Shown piece by piece: positions 40,465-49,267 of a stretch of 64,000 nucleotides of DNA. Source of the DNA: an uncultured Acidobacteriaceae bacterium (lineage in GTDB: Bacteria; Acidobacteriota; Terriglobia; Terriglobales; Acidobacteriaceae); NCBI GenBank assembly GCA_963736535.1, contig CAVTPN010000001.1, positions 153,789-217,788 on the forward strand. The letters run 5' to 3'. A program made the translations under genes and the position numbers. Position 1 is the first letter of the stretch. Each line of letters starts with the position of its first letter. The notes below the pieces were generated by a model. It was not told the origin of the DNA. It was given only the letters and a program-made list of their open reading frames with translations, and ran no database searches.

Positions 40465-41130
40465 ATGAAGCTCTCTGACCCGAGTCCGAGGTCTGCCCTG
40501 GAGTTCCTGCCTTCGCGCAACGATCTCGCCAGCTTGCGAGAGGCGGCCAAGGATTGCCTTGGATGCGATCTTTACCAGCACGCCACGCAAGTTGTGTTTG
40601 GCGAGGGTCGAACACATGCCGCGATCTTTTTTGTGGGCGAACAACCTGGGGATCGCGAAGATCAAATAGGAAGGCCGTTTGTGGGGCCGGCCGGTCAGCT
40701 ACTTGACCAGTGCCTGGAGACGGCCGGTATCGATCGCTCCACGGTTTACGTCACCAATGCCGTAAAGCACTTTAAATGGGAACCGCGGGGCAAGATCCGG
40801 CTGCATAAGAAGCCTAACTCGCTCGAGATCGCGGCTTGTCGCCCCTGGCTGGAAAAGGAGATCGCAGCCGTTCGTCCCCAGATCATCGTTTGTCTCGGCG
40901 CAACTGCGGCGCAGGATCTCCTGGGTCCGCAATTTCGACTTACAAAGCACCGTGGAGAAGTGTTTCCAACTTCCTACGGGCCGGTAACCGCCACCATTCA
41001 TCCTTCGGCGATTCTCCGCATGCCTGAGCAGGCCGCGAAGGAAACGGAGATCGCCGGTTTGGTATCGGATCTTAGGTTTGCCGCAGGATGTGTGTCCGAG
41101 CTTCGGTCAGTGACCAAGCCCGGGAATTGA
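40465..41130 (+). CDS. udgX: UdgX-like uracil-DNA glycosylase (family-4-related, covalent-crosslinking type)
   Basis: Motif A VGEQPGDREDQIGRPFVGPAG. VTNAVKHFKW followed by the extra loop PRGKIRLHKKP, which corresponds to KRRIH in mycobacterial UdgX. Motif B IHPSAILR. Fe-S cysteines CLGC...C. Confidence 0.7.
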   Translation: MKLSDPSPRSALEFLPSRNDLASLREAAKDCLGCDLYQHATQVVFGEGRTHAAIFFVGEQPGDREDQIGRPFVGPAGQLLDQCLETAGIDRSTVYVTNAVKHFKWEPRGKIRLHKKPNSLEIAACRPWLEKEIAAVRPQIIVCLGATAAQDLLGPQFRLTKHRGEVFPTSYGPVTATIHPSAILRMPEQAAKETEIAGLVSDLRFAAGCVSELRSVTKPGN

Positions 41131-41137
41131 GCTTGAG

Positions 41138-41638
41138 TTGCGCCAGGCACCGGAGGCCATTGTGAAGTCTGCCAAAGTTACCGTAAAAGTTACGAAAGAA
41201 CACGAAGGAATCTCAGCCGAGACTTCGACGATGGTCGCAACCGGTTCCGACCGGTTCGGCAAATTTGCCGCCCGAAGCTCGCACTATCTTGGCTCCCGGT
41301 GGGCATTTGTCGTCGCTATCGGGGTCATCGTTGTTTGGGGTCTCACCGGCCCGATTTTTCACTACTCCGATACATGGCAGCTGGTCATCAATACAGGCAC
41401 AACGATTGTCACCTTTCTCATGGTGTTCCTCATCCAGAATACCCAGAACCGCGATGCAAGAGCGATACATTTGAAGCTGAACGAGCTGATTCATGCAGTA
41501 GACAAGGCCAAGAATCAAATGATCGATGTTGAAAACTTGTCCGACCTCGAACTCGAGGAGCTAACCAAGACCTACGAAAAGATTCGGGCAAGCGCTCAGG
41601 ACCGCCAGCAGGTACGGAGCCATGTTGCGCCGCAATAG
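41138..41638 (+). CDS. Low-affinity iron permease family protein
   Basis: FGKFAARSSHYLGSRWAFVVAIGVIVVWGLTGPIFHYSDTWQLVINTGTTIVTFLMVFLIQNTQNRDARAIHLKLNELI is the family pattern. The start codon is uncertain (TTG 41138, or the internal MVATG). Confidence 0.75.
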   Translation: MRQAPEAIVKSAKVTVKVTKEHEGISAETSTMVATGSDRFGKFAARSSHYLGSRWAFVVAIGVIVVWGLTGPIFHYSDTWQLVINTGTTIVTFLMVFLIQNTQNRDARAIHLKLNELIHAVDKAKNQMIDVENLSDLELEELTKTYEKIRASAQDRQQVRSHVAPQ

Positions 41639-42551
41639 AAGCCCCGCGAGCATATCCGCAGGATCCCCGGGCAAGATACACATCGGCATCTCGGGCTGGA
41701 GATATAAAGGCTGGCGCGGTGTTTTTTACCCCGAAAAGCTGGCTCAACGGCGAGAGCTGGAGTTTGCATCGCGACAATTCGATACCATCGAGTTGAATGG
41801 ATCGTTCTACTCGTTACAACGGCCTGAGAGCTTTGCCCGGTGGCATGCCGAGACGCCACAGGAATTCACATTTTCTATCAAGGGCTCTCGCTATCTAACT
41901 CATATGCGCCGCCTGCGCGAGGTAGAGGCGCCCCTGGCGAACTTCTTTGCCCAGGGGCTACTGCAATTTGGGTCTAAACTCGGGCCTATTCTCTGGCAAT
42001 TGCCACCAAACTTCCAGTTCGAGCCCGAGCGGCTCGATCGCTTCTTTGCCCTGCTGCCCAGGACACGAAAGCAGGCGGCAGAGCTGGCGCGCAACCACGA
42101 TGAGCGTCTGGAGGACCGTTCCTGGTTCCAAGTCCGCCAGGATGCTGCCCTTCGCCATGCCCTTGAGATTCGTCATGAAAGTTTTGTCAACGAGGAGTTT
42201 ATTAAGCTTCTCCGACGCCATGGTGTGGGGCTGGTGGTGGCGGACACGGTGGAATGGCCCTTGTTGATGGACCTGACTTCCAACTTTGTTTATTGCCGTC
42301 TTCATGGCAGCAAAGAGCTATATGCCAGCGGCTATGACGCTGAGGCGCTCGACATCTGGGCGCGTCGCATTGTGACCTGGGCGCGCGGCGGCGAGGTGTA
42401 CGACGGCAGACGAGCAAGTAAGCGCGATGCCCCAAAACGAAAGCGTCGCGATGTGTTTGTGTATTTCGACAACGACATGAAGGTCCGGGCGCCGTTTGAT
42501 GCGGCACAGCTGCGTGATCGCGTCCGCCAGTTGCTCGCCGGGAGGGCCTAA
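41622..42551 (+). CDS. DUF72 (UPF0759) family protein
   Basis: IHIGISGWRYKGWRGVFYP...FDTIELNGSFYSLQRPESF..W...P..F.FSIKGSRYLTH and ...FVYCRLHGSKELY... are typical of DUF72. Confidence 0.85.
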   Translation: MLRRNRSPASISAGSPGKIHIGISGWRYKGWRGVFYPEKLAQRRELEFASRQFDTIELNGSFYSLQRPESFARWHAETPQEFTFSIKGSRYLTHMRRLREVEAPLANFFAQGLLQFGSKLGPILWQLPPNFQFEPERLDRFFALLPRTRKQAAELARNHDERLEDRSWFQVRQDAALRHALEIRHESFVNEEFIKLLRRHGVGLVVADTVEWPLLMDLTSNFVYCRLHGSKELYASGYDAEALDIWARRIVTWARGGEVYDGRRASKRDAPKRKRRDVFVYFDNDMKVRAPFDAAQLRDRVRQLLAGRA

Positions 42552-42714
42552 GAACTGAGTTAAGGGTGGCCATCCTACGGATACAATCCCTCCATGGATA
42601 AGCCCGCGGAACAGAACCCAGGTGTACTTCGCGGTCATCCTGGGACTGCTGCTCGCCCCGCTGGGTGTTGCTATGGCCCTCTATCTAACTCTGGTTCGTT
42701 GACGGATTATCGGG

Positions 42715-43113
42715 ATGAACGCTGCTGATTTTCGACGCCTTGCGCTGCTTCTGGATGGTGCGGAGGAAAGTTCGCATATGGGATCGCCCGACTTTCGGGT
42801 GGGGGGCAGAATTTTCGCTACGCTCGCATCCCAGGACCAGGGCTATGGCAACCTGATGCTTTCACCGCAGCAGCAAGCAGCGTTTGTGGAAGAGCAACCC
42901 GAAGTGTTTTTGCCGGTTGCCGGTGGATGGGGCAGAATGGGAGCTACTCACATCCGCCTGGCGGCGGCCAAAGAGGATGTACTTGCCGGTGCATTGCACA
43001 CTGCGTGGAAGTTACGGGTAGAGAAGAACGGCACGGCCGGTAAGACGAAGCGTAAGTCGACCGTGCGTAAGCCGGCCGCAAAGAGCAAGAAGAAGAAAGT
43101 CGATCCTCGATAG
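42715..43113 (+). CDS. MmcQ/YjbR family protein with lysine-rich tail
   Basis: LALLLDGAEESSHMGSPDFRVGGRIFATL...GWGRMGATHIRL matches the YjbR-like fold pattern. Confidence 0.7.
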   Translation: MNAADFRRLALLLDGAEESSHMGSPDFRVGGRIFATLASQDQGYGNLMLSPQQQAAFVEEQPEVFLPVAGGWGRMGATHIRLAAAKEDVLAGALHTAWKLRVEKNGTAGKTKRKSTVRKPAAKSKKKKVDPR

Positions 43114-43140
43114 CACTTTACCCTGCGGAGATCTGCCGCC

Positions 43141-43791
43141 ATGAGCGCACTGCAGTTTTTGCAACTGCTCCATCTTGCCGATAGCGCGTTGCCTGTAGGC
43201 GCGGCGGCGCACAGCTTCGGGCTGGAAAGCCTGGTGGTTGAGAGTGATCTGGAGGTAAGCAATCTGCCGGACTTCTTTCAAGGATATCTGGGGGAGGCAG
43301 GCCGTCTGGAAGCCATATATGTCTATGCAGGCTACGACGCTTCCTCGGCGCAGCAATGGCAACAGCTGAACCAACGCATGAGCGCCATGAAACCGGCACG
43401 CGAAACCCGTGAAGCAAGCCTTCGTTTAGGCAAGCGCCTTGCCGGCCTGGCTGCCGAGGCATTTGCCATGCCCCTTCCATACGCCACGGGACCTTCTCAT
43501 TTTTCTTTGATGTTTGGCCATGTGGGCCGTTGCATTGGTTCTGCTCGAGATGAAGTCGTGGCCGCTTATCTTCATCAATCCTTGTCGGGGCTGGTTTCGG
43601 CTTGCCAGCGCCTTTTGCCTCTGGGACAATCCGGCGCTGCCACGATCCTCTGGCAACTTAAGCCGGTCATCCTGGAAACCTTGGCCGTTGCCCGGGAAAC
43701 TCCAGTGAACGAAGCGAGCCTCTCTCAACCGTTGTTGGACGTGGCTTCCAGCCGTCATCCCGGTTTGCCTACCCGGCTCTTCATCAGCTGA
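43141..43791 (+). CDS. ureF: Urease accessory protein UreF
   Basis: LQLLHLADSALPVGAAAHSFGLESLV... and ...LPLGQSGAATILWQL are UreF hallmarks. Confidence 0.9.
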   Translation: MSALQFLQLLHLADSALPVGAAAHSFGLESLVVESDLEVSNLPDFFQGYLGEAGRLEAIYVYAGYDASSAQQWQQLNQRMSAMKPARETREASLRLGKRLAGLAAEAFAMPLPYATGPSHFSLMFGHVGRCIGSARDEVVAAYLHQSLSGLVSACQRLLPLGQSGAATILWQLKPVILETLAVARETPVNEASLSQPLLDVASSRHPGLPTRLFIS

Positions 43792-44630
43792 TGATGCATG
43801 CGCAGCTGCGCCTGGCGTTCTCTGCCGCGGCCGGCGGAACCCAGCTGCATTGCCTGCAACAGGATCCGCCGTGGAAAGTGGTGCGCGCCTTTCCCAATCC
43901 AGCCGGGGAAAGCCTGGTACATCTCAACAACGTCTCCGGTGGCGTCTTCGGCGGCGATCGTTTGAGCTTGCACATCAAGCTCGATGCCGGCGCCGCTGTG
44001 CAAATCACAACTACTGGTTCTACCCGCGTCTACCGCCCTCGTGAATACGCGGCCGATGCTTTGCAGCTGAGCGAAATCCACATCGGCCAAGGTGCGTTGC
44101 TCGAATACCTGCCGGATTCCATCATCCCTTACCGTGATGCGCGATTCGAACAGCGCACCGACGTACACCTCGAGCCCGGGGCGACCTTATTCTGGTGGGA
44201 AATGATTGCGCCTGGAAGAGTAGCCAGCGGCGAATTGTTCGCCTATGCATCCCTGCGCATCAACACCCGCATATGGAGCCAGGGCCAGCCGATTTACATG
44301 GACCGGATGAGTTTCCATCCCCGGCAGGCAAAGCTGTCGTCTCTCGCGCGCTTTGGCAGCTTCCGCTATCTCACTTCGTTTATGATCTGCCGTAGCAGCG
44401 AAGACGCCAACACCTGGATCACACTGGAACAGATGCTGAGAGAGATCGCACAACAGCGCAGCCATGAGACCACCCTCTGGGGCGCCACGGCTCTTACCGC
44501 GGACGGCCTGTTGGTCCGCGGGCTTTCGCATTCGGCCCTGCATATCATGGAAGATCTTTTTTGTTTCTGGACATCGGCCAAGAAGTACCTATGCGGACGC
44601 GCCGCCTCGCCACCGCGCAGAACCTACTGA
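43791..44630 (+). CDS. ureD: Urease accessory protein UreD/UreH
   Basis: 279 aa. ...VHLNNVSGGVFGGDRLSLHIKLDAGAAVQITTTGSTRVYR...LLEYLPDSIIPYRDARFEQ... is the UreD pattern. The start overlaps the ureF stop. Confidence 0.85.
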   Translation: MMHAQLRLAFSAAAGGTQLHCLQQDPPWKVVRAFPNPAGESLVHLNNVSGGVFGGDRLSLHIKLDAGAAVQITTTGSTRVYRPREYAADALQLSEIHIGQGALLEYLPDSIIPYRDARFEQRTDVHLEPGATLFWWEMIAPGRVASGELFAYASLRINTRIWSQGQPIYMDRMSFHPRQAKLSSLARFGSFRYLTSFMICRSSEDANTWITLEQMLREIAQQRSHETTLWGATALTADGLLVRGLSHSALHIMEDLFCFWTSAKKYLCGRAASPPRRTY

Positions 44631-44642
44631 AGGAGAACCGCT

Positions 44643-44945
44643 GTGCACTTGACTCCGCGAGAACAGGAACGGTTATTGATCCACGTGGCCGCTGACGTAG
44701 CCCGCAGGCGAAAGCAGCGCGGGCTGAAGTTGAATTACCCTGAAGCCGTGGCCATTCTTACGGCGGAGATTCTCGAGTTGGCGCGCGACGGCAAATCGGT
44801 GGCCGAGATCATGTCGTTAGGGGGCACCATCCTCAGCCGGCATGAGGTGATGGAAGGGGTGGCCGGCATGATCCACGAAGTGCAGGCCGAGGCGACCTTT
44901 CCCGATGGCACGAAGCTGGTCACCCTACACGACCCTATTCAGTAG
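44643..44945 (+). CDS. ureA: Urease subunit gamma
   Basis: (GTG)[39 protein letters not shown]...[20 protein letters not shown] lies upstream. Confidence 0.95.
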   Translation: MHLTPREQERLLIHVAADVARRRKQRGLKLNYPEAVAILTAEILELARDGKSVAEIMSLGGTILSRHEVMEGVAGMIHEVQAEATFPDGTKLVTLHDPIQ

Positions 44946-44980
44946 AACCACTTCGCTGGTCGCGGCACAGGAGGAGCAGG

Positions 44981-45298
44981 ATGGAACCCGGAGAGTATCT
45001 GCTGGCCGAGGACGAGATTGTTATCAACATCGGCCGCGCGGTGGCGCGCGTGGTGGTGCGGCACACGGGCGACCGTCCCGTTCAAGTAGGCAGCCACTAC
45101 CACTTTTATGAAGTGAATCCGGCGCTCCAGTTCGATCGGGCGGCTGCCTATGGGATGCGCCTCGATATCCCTTCGGGAACAGCCGCGCGCTTTGAGCCGG
45201 GCGATGAGAGGGCCGTCTCACTGGTAGCTTTTGCCGGCTCCCGTAGCGTATGGGGTCATCGCGGCGCAGTGGACGGAGAGCTGAAGGAGCACGCATGA
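44981..45298 (+). CDS. ureB: Urease subunit beta
   Basis: [19 protein letters not shown]...[47 protein letters not shown]. Confidence 0.95.
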   Translation: MEPGEYLLAEDEIVINIGRAVARVVVRHTGDRPVQVGSHYHFYEVNPALQFDRAAAYGMRLDIPSGTAARFEPGDERAVSLVAFAGSRSVWGHRGAVDGELKEHA

Positions 45299-47019
45299 GT
45301 CGAAGCATCTCGCGCCGCGTTTATGCCGATCTGTATGGCCCAACCACGCGAGATAGGGTTCGTCTTGCGGATACGGATCTGGTACTGGAGGTGGAACGGG
45401 ACTTCACCGTCTATGGCGACGAAATTACCTTCGGCGGAGGAAAGACGATTCGCGACGGCATGGGGCAGAGTGCCCGGGCGCTACGCGAATCCCAGCCTGG
45501 GGCGCTCGACCTGGTGATTACGAATGCACTCATCATCGACCACTGGGGCATCGTCAAAGGGGACATCGGGGTGCGCGATGGCCGCATCGTCAAGGTGGGC
45601 AAAGCCGGCAACCCCGACGTCATGGAGGGAGTGGATCCTGAGTTGTTCGTGGGCGCGGGGACGGAAGTGATTGCGGGAGAAAACCTGATCGTCACCGCGG
45701 GAGCCATCGACAGCCACGTCCATTTCATTGCTCCGCAGCAAGTCTACGAGGCGCTTTGCGGGGGGATCACGACCATGATCGGCGGTGGAACCGGGCCCGC
45801 CACCGGGACCTGCGCCACCACCTGCACTCCCGGCGCCTGGAACCTGGCGCGCATGTTCCAGGCTGCGGAAGCCTGGCCGATGAACTTCGGATTTTTGGGG
45901 AAGGGGAATGCAGGAACACCGGGCCCGCTCGAAGAACAAGTCCGCGCCGGGGCATGCGGGCTGAAGCTGCACGAAGATTGGGGAACTACCCCGGCAGCGA
46001 TTGACTGTTGCTTACGGGTTGCCGATGCCGCCGACGTCCAGGTAGCCATCCATACCGATACCCTGAACGAGGCGGGCTTTGTGGAAGACACCATCCAGGC
46101 TATCAACGGGCGCACGGTCCACACCTACCATACCGAGGGCGCAGGCGGGGGTCACGCGCCGGACATCATTCGCATCGCTGCCCTGCCCAATGTATTGCCC
46201 TCATCAACCAATCCCACCAGGCCTTACACGGTCAATACCATCGCCGAACATCTAGACATGCTGATGGTCTGTCACCACCTCAATCCAAATGTGCCCGAAG
46301 ATGTTGCTTTCGCCGAGAGCCGTATACGGCCGGAAACAATCGCCGCCGAAGACATCCTGCACGACCTGGGCGTCTTCAGCATGATTTCCAGTGATAGTCA
46401 GGCAATGGGACGCATCGGAGAAGTGGTCATGCGCACCTGGCAGACGGCTCATAAGATGAAGGTGCAACGCGGGGCGCTGCGCGAAGACTCGAGCCGCAAC
46501 GACAATCTGCGCATCAAGCGGTACGTTTCCAAGTACACCATCAATCCCGCGATCACTCACGGCATCAGCGCTCATGTCGGTTCGATTGAACCGGGCAAGC
46601 TCGCAGATCTGGTTCTGTGGAAGCCGGCGTTTTTTGGCGCCAAGCCGGAGATGATTATCAAGGGCGGCTTCATCGCTTGGAGCGTGATGGGCGACTCGAA
46701 CGCCTCCATTCCAACCCCGCAGCCCGTCTTGTATCGGGGAATGTTCGGCAGCTTTGGCAGCGCTCCGTCTTCCACCAGTCTCCTGTTCACTTCCAGGCAG
46801 GCGTTGGAAAGCGGGAGTCTTGACCGGCTCAATCTGCGTACGCCGGCGGTTGCGGTGCAGGACTGCCGCTCGGTTGGCAAGAGCGATATGGTCCACAACC
46901 GTGCCACCCCGCAAATTCAGGTCGATCCGGAAACCTACGAGGTGCGGGCTGACGGCGAACTGCTCACCTGTGAGCCTGCGCTCGAGCTGCCTCTTGCCCA
47001 GCGATATTTTTTGTTTTAA
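45295..47019 (+). CDS. ureC: Urease subunit alpha
   Basis: [29 protein letters not shown]..., active-site [17 protein letters not shown], and MVCHHL flap. ATG 45295 overlaps the ureB stop (ATGA). The track extension from 45250 is rejected. Confidence 0.95.
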   Translation: MSRSISRRVYADLYGPTTRDRVRLADTDLVLEVERDFTVYGDEITFGGGKTIRDGMGQSARALRESQPGALDLVITNALIIDHWGIVKGDIGVRDGRIVKVGKAGNPDVMEGVDPELFVGAGTEVIAGENLIVTAGAIDSHVHFIAPQQVYEALCGGITTMIGGGTGPATGTCATTCTPGAWNLARMFQAAEAWPMNFGFLGKGNAGTPGPLEEQVRAGACGLKLHEDWGTTPAAIDCCLRVADAADVQVAIHTDTLNEAGFVEDTIQAINGRTVHTYHTEGAGGGHAPDIIRIAALPNVLPSSTNPTRPYTVNTIAEHLDMLMVCHHLNPNVPEDVAFAESRIRPETIAAEDILHDLGVFSMISSDSQAMGRIGEVVMRTWQTAHKMKVQRGALREDSSRNDNLRIKRYVSKYTINPAITHGISAHVGSIEPGKLADLVLWKPAFFGAKPEMIIKGGFIAWSVMGDSNASIPTPQPVLYRGMFGSFGSAPSSTSLLFTSRQALESGSLDRLNLRTPAVAVQDCRSVGKSDMVHNRATPQIQVDPETYEVRADGELLTCEPALELPLAQRYFLF

Positions 47020-47033
47020 CGGAGAAGCAAGCT

Positions 47034-47720
47034 TTGTCGACAAATCAGACCCGCGCCTTTCGTATTGGCATCGCCGGACCGGTTGGTTCCGGCAAGACAG
47101 CCCTGGTGGATTGTCTGTGCCGCGCGCTTTCGGCGAAGATGAGCCTGGCCGTGGTGACCAATGACATCTACACCACGGAAGATGCTGAGTTCCTGGTGCG
47201 CCAGGGCTCGCTCGACGCCAAGCGCATTCGCGGCGTAGAGACGGGTGGCTGTCCGCACGCAGCGATACGTGAAGATGCTTCGATGAATCTCGAAGCCATC
47301 GATGATCTGGAGAAGGCGCATCCGGGGCTGGAGCTGGTTCTTGTGGAGAGCGGCGGAGACAATCTTTCCGCGGCCTTCAGTCCTGAGCTGGTGGACGACT
47401 GGATTTACGTCATTGACGTTGCCGGCGGCGACAAGATCCCGAGAAAGGGTGGCCCTGGTGTTACCCGGTCTTCGTTGCTGGTAATCAACAAAATAGATCT
47501 TGCGGAGCAGGTAGGGGCCTCGCTTGACGTGATGGATCGCGATTCCAAAAAGATGCGAGGGCAAAAACCTTTCCTCTTCACCGACCTCAAGCACAACGTA
47601 GGCCTGGACCGCGTATTGGAGTGGCTAAGTGCGCGCGTAGAGGATGCCGACCGGCGCAGATTGGGCACGCGGTCAGAACCAGGCGAATTGGCCCTGGGCA
47701 AGCATAGCCACAGTCATTGA
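47034..47720 (+). CDS. ureG: Urease accessory GTPase UreG with short His-rich C-terminal tail
   Basis: P-loop [10 protein letters not shown], metal motif [25 protein letters not shown]. The C-terminus is ...LGKHSHSH. Non-ATG start at 47034. Confidence 0.9.
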   Translation: MSTNQTRAFRIGIAGPVGSGKTALVDCLCRALSAKMSLAVVTNDIYTTEDAEFLVRQGSLDAKRIRGVETGGCPHAAIREDASMNLEAIDDLEKAHPGLELVLVESGGDNLSAAFSPELVDDWIYVIDVAGGDKIPRKGGPGVTRSSLLVINKIDLAEQVGASLDVMDRDSKKMRGQKPFLFTDLKHNVGLDRVLEWLSARVEDADRRRLGTRSEPGELALGKHSHSH

Positions 47721-47721
47721 C

Positions 47722-47748
47722 GGGAAACCGCAGGTCCCTCCCCTACGC
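47722..47748 (-). repeat. REP-like element, partial copy D (right half, inverted)
   Basis: GGGAAACCGCAGGTCCCTCC is the exact reverse complement of 47970-47989. It starts 2 nt after the ureG stop. Confidence 0.7.
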
Positions 47749-47858
47749 GGCCCGGATTTCCTGTCGAGCTTGGTGGCGTTGGCAAACTCCATGCGGCTTC
47801 CTACGGAAAGCCGCACACGTGGCCGTCGGTGAGTGCTGCGTAGTAGGAAATCCGGATA

Positions 47859-47882
47859 GCTCCGGTCGGGATTTCAATTCTG
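47859..47882 (-). repeat. REP-like element, partial copy E (left half, inverted)
   Basis: GCTCCGGTCGGGATTTCAATTCTG versus the reverse complement of 47934-47960 (CGCTCCGGTCGGGATGACAATTCTG). Confidence 0.6.
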
Positions 47883-47940
47883 TTTCAGAAAAATCGCCTC
47901 AAAAGCGTCTGACCGAATGACTGTCAATGGTCCGACAGAA

Positions 47941-47989
47941 TTGTCATCCCGACCGGAGCGTAGCGTAGTGGAGGGACCTGCGGTTTCCC
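47941..47989 (+). repeat. REP-like ~48-nt element, copy C
   Basis: TTGTCATCCCGACCGGAGCGTAGCGTAGTGGAGGGACCTGCGGTTTCCC. It lies 12 nt from the lysR-type gene stop. Confidence 0.85.
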
Positions 47990-48001
47990 ACGGTTGCGAA
48001 T

Positions 48002-48922
48002 CTAGTGTCCACGCCTGACCCGCGGCCCTTCGTGCGCACCCTTCAAATCCTGCAGAAATGCCAGCAACACATCGTCTTTCCCTGACGGACGCCGATACAC
48101 CATTTCAAACTTCACATGGTAGGTAAGCAGCTTAAGATTCAGGGGAGCCAGAAGCTTCTTGCTTATAAACGGCTCGGCAAATTGCTCGGGAAGATATCCC
48201 AGGTATCTTCCCGACATGATCAGAATCGCTACCGCTTCCATGTCATCCGCAACTGCAGTCACCGATTCGTGTGGGCGCACCACGACCGCGTTGGGCAACG
48301 GGTAACTACGCCAGGTCCATTCATGTTCTGCGGCTTCCTCGGTAGAAACCACACCCGCCTTGGCAAACAGAGGGTGCCCGTGGCCGCAACAGGCAATCTG
48401 GCGCTCTTTGAACAGGCTCCTGTATTCCATGCTCGGAAGGTGTCGCCAGAAATAGCTGAACACCAGATCCAGCTCCCCGTGAATGAGCTGCTCTTCGAGA
48501 TCGCGCGGAGGATGCACGGCAATGGAAAACCTCACTGCTTCGCTCCTCTTTCGAAACGCGGCGATGCTATTGCTAACCTGTTGCATCAGGCCAGTAGGGG
48601 CATGATCGATCAAGCCAAGCCGTAGATTCCCCACCAGGGTCTTATCCATGTTCCGCACTGAATTTCCGAAATCAGTGACCGTGTTGAGCAAAGTTCGCGC
48701 GGCTGAAACAAACTTATCGCCCTTGGGCGTGAGATAAAAGCCGCTTCGCCCGCGCTCGCACAGGCGAAATCCCACCCGCGCTTCGAGAGTCGCCAGGTGG
48801 GTGCTGATGGTGGGCTGGCCGATGTTCAGGGCTGCCTGCGCTTCAGAAAGCCCCTTCGCATCGACCACAGCCAGGAAGATGCGCAGAAGACGTAGATCGA
48901 GGTCGGAGACTTTAGCGCGCAT
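48002..48922 (-). CDS. LysR family transcriptional regulator
   Basis: N-terminal wHTH DLRLLRIFLAVVDAKGLSEAQAALNIGQPTISTHLATLEARVGFRLCER followed by a substrate-binding domain. It is divergent from the TonB receptor locus. Confidence 0.9.
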   Translation of the reverse strand: MRAKVSDLDLRLLRIFLAVVDAKGLSEAQAALNIGQPTISTHLATLEARVGFRLCERGRSGFYLTPKGDKFVSAARTLLNTVTDFGNSVRNMDKTLVGNLRLGLIDHAPTGLMQQVSNSIAAFRKRSEAVRFSIAVHPPRDLEEQLIHGELDLVFSYFWRHLPSMEYRSLFKERQIACCGHGHPLFAKAGVVSTEEAAEHEWTWRSYPLPNAVVVRPHESVTAVADDMEAVAILIMSGRYLGYLPEQFAEPFISKKLLAPLNLKLLTYHVKFEMVYRRPSGKDDVLLAFLQDLKGAHEGPRVRRGH

Positions 48923-48947
48923 AGGAGTGGGCAGATGCTAGCAAATA

Positions 48948-48965
48948 CATTGATTGAGATCAATG
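48948..48965. promoter_or_regulatory. Candidate LysR-type binding dyad in the divergent promoter region
   Basis: CATTGAT-TGAG-ATCAATG has perfect 7-bp arms and lies 26 nt upstream of the regulator start. Confidence 0.4.
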
Positions 48966-49267
48966 TGAATGTTGACCGCTTGTGATGGAACGGTGCTGGC
49001 GTATTGGTACACTCGCACCAAGTTCAACGTAATACGGTCCCTGTTCATCGAGTTTTATCGATCTATCGTGTCGATCCGAATGCTCGTTGTGCGGCTCACA
49101 CCAACGGTGTGATATTCGAGCCCGCAGGTTCCATTTCCTTGAAGTACCCACCATGTCGTGGCAAATCCAGAGAGTCGTACTCGTTTCGGCGAGCTACCCG
49201 TAGTGTCCCGGTTGAGCATAGCCGAGGGTCTGCGAGGCGCCGCCTGGCTGGGAGGGTGTCGATACTT

